A stretch of DNA of 64,000 nucleotides from Auanema rhodensis. Taxonomy: Eukaryota > Animalia > Nematoda. Each line of letters begins with the position of its first letter. The stretch's first letter is position 1. Under the pieces are notes generated by a model. That model made no database searches, was not told the DNA's origin, and saw only the letters and a program-made list of their open reading frames with translations. Of the stretch, positions 57,426-64,000 are shown piece after piece. The position numbers and the translations under genes were made by a program. The stretch is taken from assembly GCA_964057225.1 (NCBI GenBank), contig CAXKVF010000073.1:248001-312000 (forward strand), read 5' to 3'.

Positions 57426-60115
57426 TTATCTTTCACGTGAAGCGAGTTACATACCAAGTGCACATCACGTGTACATTTAATTAGCATAAATTAAAGTTCA
57501 CGTAAATTTCAAAGTCATGGTTACCATGAACCAATATCAATAAAAATTTGTTTTTAGACTAATATGGACATGGGGAATCTAATTTTGAAAACCGCATCTC
57601 TTTATCTTTCACGTGAAGCGAGTTACATACCAAGTGCACATCACGTGTACATTTAATTAGCATAAATTAAAGTTCACGTAAATTCACGTAAATTTCAAAG
57701 TCATGGTTACCATGCACCAATATCAATAAAAATTTGTTTTTAGACTAATATGGACATGGGGAATCTAATTTTGAAAACCACATCTCTTTATCTTTCACGT
57801 GAAGCGAGTTACATACCAAGTGCACATCACGTGTACATTTAATTAGCATAAATTAAAGTTCACGTAAATTTCAAAGTCATGGTTACCATGCACCAATATC
57901 AATAAAAATTTGTTTTTAGACTAATATGGACATGGGGAATCTAATTTTGAAAACCGCATCTCTTTATCTTTCACGTGAAGCGAGTTACATACCAAGTGCA
58001 CATCACGTGTACATTTAATTAGCATAAATTAAAGTTCACGTAAATTTCAAAGTCATGGTTACCATGAACCAATATCAATAAAAATTTGTTTTTAGACTAA
58101 TATGGACATGGGGAATCTAATTTTGAAAACCGCATCTCTTTATCTTTCACGTGAAGCGAGTTACATACCAAGTGCACATCACGTGTACATTTAATTAGCA
58201 TAAATTAAAGTTCACGTAAATTCACGTAAATTTCAAAGTCATGGTTACCATGCACCAATATCAATAAAAATTTGTTTTTAGACTAATATGGACATGGGGA
58301 ATCTAATTTTGAAAACCACATCTCTTTATCTTTCACGTGAAGCGAGTTACATACCAAGTGCACATCACGTGTACATTTAATTAGCATAAATTAAAGTTCA
58401 CGTAAATTTCAAAGTCATGGTTACCATGCACCAATATCAATAAAAATTTGTTTTTAGACTAATATGGACATGGGGAATCTAATTTTGAAAACCGCATCTC
58501 TTTATCTTTCACGTGAAGCGAGTTACATACCAAGTGCACATCACGTGTACATTTAATTAGCATAAATTAAAGTTCACGTAAATTTCAAAGTCATGGTTAC
58601 CATGAACCAATATCAATAAAAATTTGTTTTTAGACTAATATGGACATGGGGAATCTAATTTTGAAAACCGCATCTCTTTATCTTTCACGTGAAGCGAGTT
58701 ACATACCAAGTGCACATCACGTGTACATTTAATTAGCATAAATTAAAGTTCACGTAAATTCACGTAAATTTCAAAGTCATGGTTACCATGCACCAATATC
58801 AATAAAAATTTGTTTTTAGACTAATATGGACATGGGGAATCTAATTTTGAAAACCACATCTCTTTATCTTTCACGTGAAGCGAGTTACATACCAAGTGCA
58901 CATCACGTGTACATTTAATTAGCATAAATTAAAGTTCACGTAAATTTCAAAGTCATGGTTACCATGCACCAATATCAATAAAAATTTGTTTTTAGACTAA
59001 TATGGACATGGGGAATCTAATTTTGAAAACCGCATCTCTTTATCTTTCACGTGAAGCGAGTTACATACCAAGTGCACATCACGTGTACATTTAATTAGCA
59101 TAAATTAAAGTTCACGTAAATTTCAAAGTCATGGTTACCATGAACCAATATCAATAAAAATTTGTTTTTAGACTAATATGGACATGGGGAATCTAATTTT
59201 GAAAACCGCATCTCTTTATCTTTCACGTGAAGCGAGTTACATACCAAGTGCACATCACGTGTACATTTAATTAGCATAAATTAAAGTTCACGTAAATTCA
59301 CGTAAATTTCAAAGTCATGGTTACCATGCACCAATATCAATAAAAATTTGTTTTTAGACTAATATGGACATGGGGAATCTAATTTTGAAAACCACATCTC
59401 TTTATCTTTCACGTGAAGCGAGTTACATACCAAGTGCACATCACGTGTACATTTAATTAGCATAAATTAAAGTTCACGTAAATTTCAAAGTCATGGTTAC
59501 CATGCACCAATATCAATAAAAATTTGTTTTTAGACTAATATGGACATGGGGAATCTAATTTTGAAAACCGCATCTCTTTATCTTTCACGTGAAGCGAGTT
59601 ACATACCAAGTGCACATCACGTGTACATTTAATTAGCATAAATTAAAGTTCACGTAAATTTCAAAGTCATGGTTACCATGAACCAATATCAATAAAAATT
59701 TGTTTTTAGACTAATATGGACATGGGGAATCTAATTTTGAAAACCGCATCTCTTTATCTTTCACGTGAAGCGAGTTACATACCAAGTGCACATCACGTGT
59801 ACATTTAATTAGCATAAATTAAAGTTCACGTAAGTTCACGTAAATTTCAAAGTCATGGTTACCATGCACCAATATCAATAAAAATTTGTTTTTAGACTAA
59901 TATGGACATGGGGAATCTAATTTTGAAAACCACATCTCTTTATCTTTCACGTGAAGCGAGTTACATACCAAGTGCACATCACGTGTACATTTAATTAGCA
60001 TAAATTAAAGTTCACGTAAATTTCAAAGTCATGGTTACCATGCACCAATATCAATAAAAATTTGTTTTTAGACTAATATGGACATGGGGAATCTAATTTT
60101 GAAAACCGCATCTCT
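57426..60115 (+). repeat. 3-mer HOR, 538 bp x5, containing a 186-bp monomer with a 10-bp internal tandem duplication
   Basis: (ttcacgtaaa)x2 starts at 57673, 58211, 58749 and 59287, with a one-base variant at 59825. Spacing is 538 = 3x176+10, and each copy is linked to the aaaaccAcatc variant. Confidence 0.96.
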
Positions 60116-60291
60116 TTATCTTTCACGTGAAGCGAGTTACATACCAAGTGCACATCACGTGTACATTTAATTAGCATAAATTAAAGTTCACGTAAATTTC
60201 AAAGTCATGGTTACCATGAACCAATATCAATAAAAATTTGTTTTTAGACTAATATGGACATGGGGAATCTAATTTTGAAAACCGCATCTCT

Positions 60292-63200
60292 TTATCTTTC
60301 ACGTGAAGCGAGTTACATACCAAGTGCACATCACGTGTACATTTAATTAGCATAAATTAAAGTTCACGTAAATTTCAAAGTCATGGTTACCATGCACCAA
60401 TATCAATAATAATTTGTTTTTAGACTAATATGGACATGGGGAATCTAATTTTGAAAACCGCATCTCTTTATCTTTCACGTGAAGCGAGTTACATACCAAG
60501 TGCACATCACGTGTACATTTAATTAGCATAAATTAAAGTTCACGTAAATTTCAAAGTCATGGTTACCATGAACCAATATCAATAAAAATTTGTTTTTAGA
60601 CTAATATGGACATGGGGAATCTAATTTTGAAAACCGCATCTCTTTATCTTTCACGTGAAGCGAGTTACATACCAAGTGCACATCACGTGTACATTTAATT
60701 AGCATAAATTAAAGTTCACGTAAATTTCAAAGTCATGGTTACCATCAACCAATATCAATAAAAATTTGTTTTTAGACTAATATGGACATGGGGAATCTAA
60801 TTTTGAAAACGGCATCTCTTTATCTTTCACGTGAAGCGAGTTACATACCAAGTGCACATCACGTGTACATTTAATAAGCATAAATTAAAGTTCACGTAAA
60901 TTTCAAAGTCATGGTTACCATGCACCAATATCAATAAAAATTTGTTTTTAGACTAATATGGACATGATGAATCTAATTTTAAAAACCGCATCTCTTTCTC
61001 TTTCGCGTGAAGCGAGTTACATACCAAGTGCACATCACGTGTACAATTAATTAGCATAAATTAAAGTTCACGTAAATTTCAAAGTCATGGTTACCATGAA
61101 CCAATATCAATAAAAATTTGTTTTTAGACTAATATGGACATGGGGAATCTAATTTTGAAAACCGCATCTCTTTATCTTTCACGTGAAGCGAGTTACATAC
61201 CAAGTGCACATCACGTGTACATTTAATTAGCATAAATTAAAGTTCACGTAAATTTCAAAGTCATGGTTACCATGCACCAATATCAATAAAAATTTGTTTT
61301 TAGACTAATATGGACATGGGGAATCTAATTTTGAAAACCGCATCTCTTTATCTTTCACGTGAAGCGAGTTACATACCAAGTGCACATCACGTGTACATTT
61401 AATTAGCATAAATTAAAGTTCACGTAAATTTCAAAGTCATGGTTACCATGCACCAATATCAATAAAAATTTGTTTTTAGACTAATATGGACATGGGGAAT
61501 CTAATTTTGAAAACCGCATCTCTTTATCTTTCACGTGGAGCGAGTTACATACCAAGTGCACATCACGTGTACATTTAATTAGCATAAATTAAAGTTCACG
61601 TAAATTTCAAAGTCATGGTTACCATGCACCAATATCAATAAAAATTTGTTTTTAGACTAATATGGACATGGGGAATCTTAATTTGAAAACCGCATCTCTT
61701 TATCTTTCACGTGAAGCGAGTTACATACCAAGTGCACATCACGTGTACAATTAATTAGCATAAATTAAAGTTCACGTAAATTTCAAAGTCATGGTTACCA
61801 TGAACCAATATCAATAAAAATTTGTTTTTAGACTAATATGGAGATGGGGAATCTGATTTTGAAAACCGCATCTCTTTATCTTTCACGTGAAGCGAGTTAC
61901 ATACCAAGTGCACATCACGTGTACATTTAATTAGCATAAATCAAAGTTCACGTAAATTTCAAAGTCATGGTTACCATGAACCAATATCAATAAAAATTTG
62001 TTTTTAGACTAATATGGACATGGGGAATCTAATTTTGAAAACCGCATCTCTTTATCTTTCACGTGAAGCGAGTTACATACCAAGTGCACATCACGTGTAC
62101 AATTAATTAGCATAAATTAAAGTTCACGTAAATTTCAAAGTCATGGTTACCATGAACCAATATCAATAAAAATTTGTTTTTAGACTAATATGGAGATGGG
62201 GAATCTGATTTTGAAAACCGCATCTCTTTATCTTTCACGTGAAGCGAGTTACATACCAAGTGCACATCACGTGTACATTTAATTAGCATAAATTAAAGTT
62301 CACGTAAATTTCAAAGTCATGGTTACCATGCACCAATATCAATAAAAATTTGTTTTTAGACTAATATGGACATGGGGAATCTAATTTTGAAAACCGCATC
62401 TCTTTATCTTTCACGTGAAGCGAGTTACATACCAAGTGCACATCACGTGTACAATTAATTAGCATAAATTAAAGTTCACGTAAATTTCAAAGTCATGGTT
62501 ACCATGAACCAATATCAATAAAAATTTGTTTTTAGACTAATATGGAGATGGGGAATCTGATTTTGAAAACCGCATCTCTTTATCTTTCACGTGAAGCGAG
62601 TTACATACCAAGTGCACATCACGTGTACATTTAATTAGCATAAATCAAAGTTCACGTAAATTTCAAAGTCATGGTTACCATGAACCAATATCAATAAAAA
62701 TTTGTTTTTAGACTAATATGGACATGGGGAATCTAATTTTGAAAACCGCATCTCTTTATCTTTCACGTGAAGCGAGTTACATACCAAGTGCACATCACGT
62801 GTACAATTAATTAGCATAAATTAAAGTTCACGTAAATTTCAAAGTCATGGTTACAATGAACCAATATCAATAAAAATTTGTTTTTAGACTAATATGGAGA
62901 TGGGGAATCTGATTTTGAAAACCGCATCTCTTTATCTTTCACGTGAAGCGAGTTACATACCAAGTGCACATCACGTGTACAATTAATTAGCATAAATTAA
63001 AGTTCACGTAAATTTCAAAGTCATGGTTACCATGAACCAATATCAATAAAAATTTGTTTTTAGACTAATATGGAGATGGGGAATCTGATTTTGAAAACCG
63101 CATCTCTTTATCTTTCACGTGAAGCGAGTTACATACCAAGTGCACATCACGTGTACATTTAATTAGCATAAATTAAAGTTCACGTAAATTTCAAAGTCAT

Positions 63201-64000
63201 GGTTACCATGAACCAATATCAATAAAAATTTGTTTTTAGACTAATATGGACATGGGGAATCTAATTTTGAAAACCGCATCTCTTTATCTTTCACGTGAAG
63301 CGAGTTACATACCAAGTGCACATCACGTGTACATTTAATTAGCATAAATTAAAGTTCACGTAAATTTCAAAGTCATGGTTACCATGCACCAATATCAATA
63401 ATAATTTGTTTTTAGACTAATATGGACATGGGGAATCTAATTTTGAAAACCGCATCTCTTTATCTTTCACGTGAAGCGAGTTACATACCAAGTGCACATC
63501 ACGTGTACATTTAATTAGCATAAATTAAAGTTCACGTAAATTTCAAAGTCATGGTTACCATGAACCAATATCAATAAAAATTTGTTTTTAGACTAATATG
63601 GACATGGGGAATCTAATTTTGAAAACCGCATCTCTTTATCTTTCACGTGAAGCGAGTTACATACCAAGTGCACATCACGTGTACATTTAATTAGCATAAA
63701 TTAAAGTTCACGTAAATTTCAAAGTCATGGTTACCATGAACCAATATCAATAAAAATTTGTTTTTAGACTAATATGGACATGGGGAATCTAATTTTGAAA
63801 ACGGCATCTCTTTATCTTTCACGTGAAGCGAGTTACATACCAAGTGCACATCACGTGTACATTTAATAAGCATAAATTAAAGTTCACGTAAATTTCAAAG
63901 TCATGGTTACCATGCACCAATATCAATAAAAATTTGTTTTTAGACTAATATGGACATGATGAATCTAATTTTGAAAACCGCATCTCTTTATCTTTCACGT
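60292..64000 (+). repeat. More diverged terminal domain: 17-mer (2992 bp) recurrence enclosing a 2-mer/4-mer HOR
   Basis: aataaTaattt at 60410/63402, aaaacGgc at 60811/63803 and catgATgaat at 60967/63959. A triple-variant monomer (acaAtt, ggaGatg, tctGatt) occurs at 61750, 62102, 62454, 62806 and 62982. Confidence 0.87.

Larger units (their letters stand above)
1..64000 (+). repeat. Tandem satellite DNA array, 176-bp monomer, ~363 copies, head-to-tail, running off both window ends; probable centromeric/heterochromatic satellite
   Basis: Consensus read directly: ttatctttcacgtgaagcgagttacataccaagtgcacatcacgtgtacatttaattagcataaattaaagttcacgtaaatttcaaagtcatggttaccatg(a/c)accaatatcaataaaaatttgtttttagactaatatggacatggggaatc(t/a)aattttgaaaaccgcatctct. 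It restarts at 1, 177, 353 and so on; 57/176 bases are G+C. The centromeric role is inferred only from the nucleosome-sized monomer, AT richness and homogeneity. Confidence 0.99.

Noticed and set aside
1-64000. Protein-coding ORFs or a repeat-encoded protein
   Set aside because: Each monomer has many taa/tag/tga triplets and their reverse complements. Because 176 is not a multiple of 3, any frame cycles through all phases and meets a stop within three monomers. There is no gene context.
1-64000. CRISPR array or other repeat-spacer system
   Set aside because: There are no unique spacers; the entire 176 bp is repeated with only point variants.

Overview
The whole window is one uninterrupted head-to-tail array of an AT-rich (~32% GC) 176-bp satellite monomer, most likely from a eukaryotic centromere, pericentromere or heterochromatic knob. 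I do not recognise the family or the organism. There are no genes, RNA genes, CRISPR spacers or transposons. Register arithmetic gives 363 monomers plus 13 bp: the last monomer starts at 63988 = 363x176+1+99. The +99 is fully explained by six +1 insertions, one -1 deletion, one +44 rearrangement and five +10 duplications. Monomers usually differ from consensus by 0-4 substitutions, and these markers reveal a patchwork of local higher-order repeats (HORs) and block duplications with periods of 2, 3, 4, 6, 7, 9, 13, 15, 17, 18 and 19 monomers. The only orientation break I found is at 57272-57336: a 59-bp inverted copy of the monomer's own sequence plus a 6-nt linker. It creates a perfect 39-bp inverted repeat typical of template-switch repair and is followed directly by a young 538-bp 3-mer HOR. 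Each monomer carries a CENP-B-box-like 17-mer (7/9 core bases), several short dyads and three TCACGT motifs spaced 32-33 bp apart. I found no protein-coding biological system; the interest lies in satellite structure and evolution. All comparisons were made by eye.
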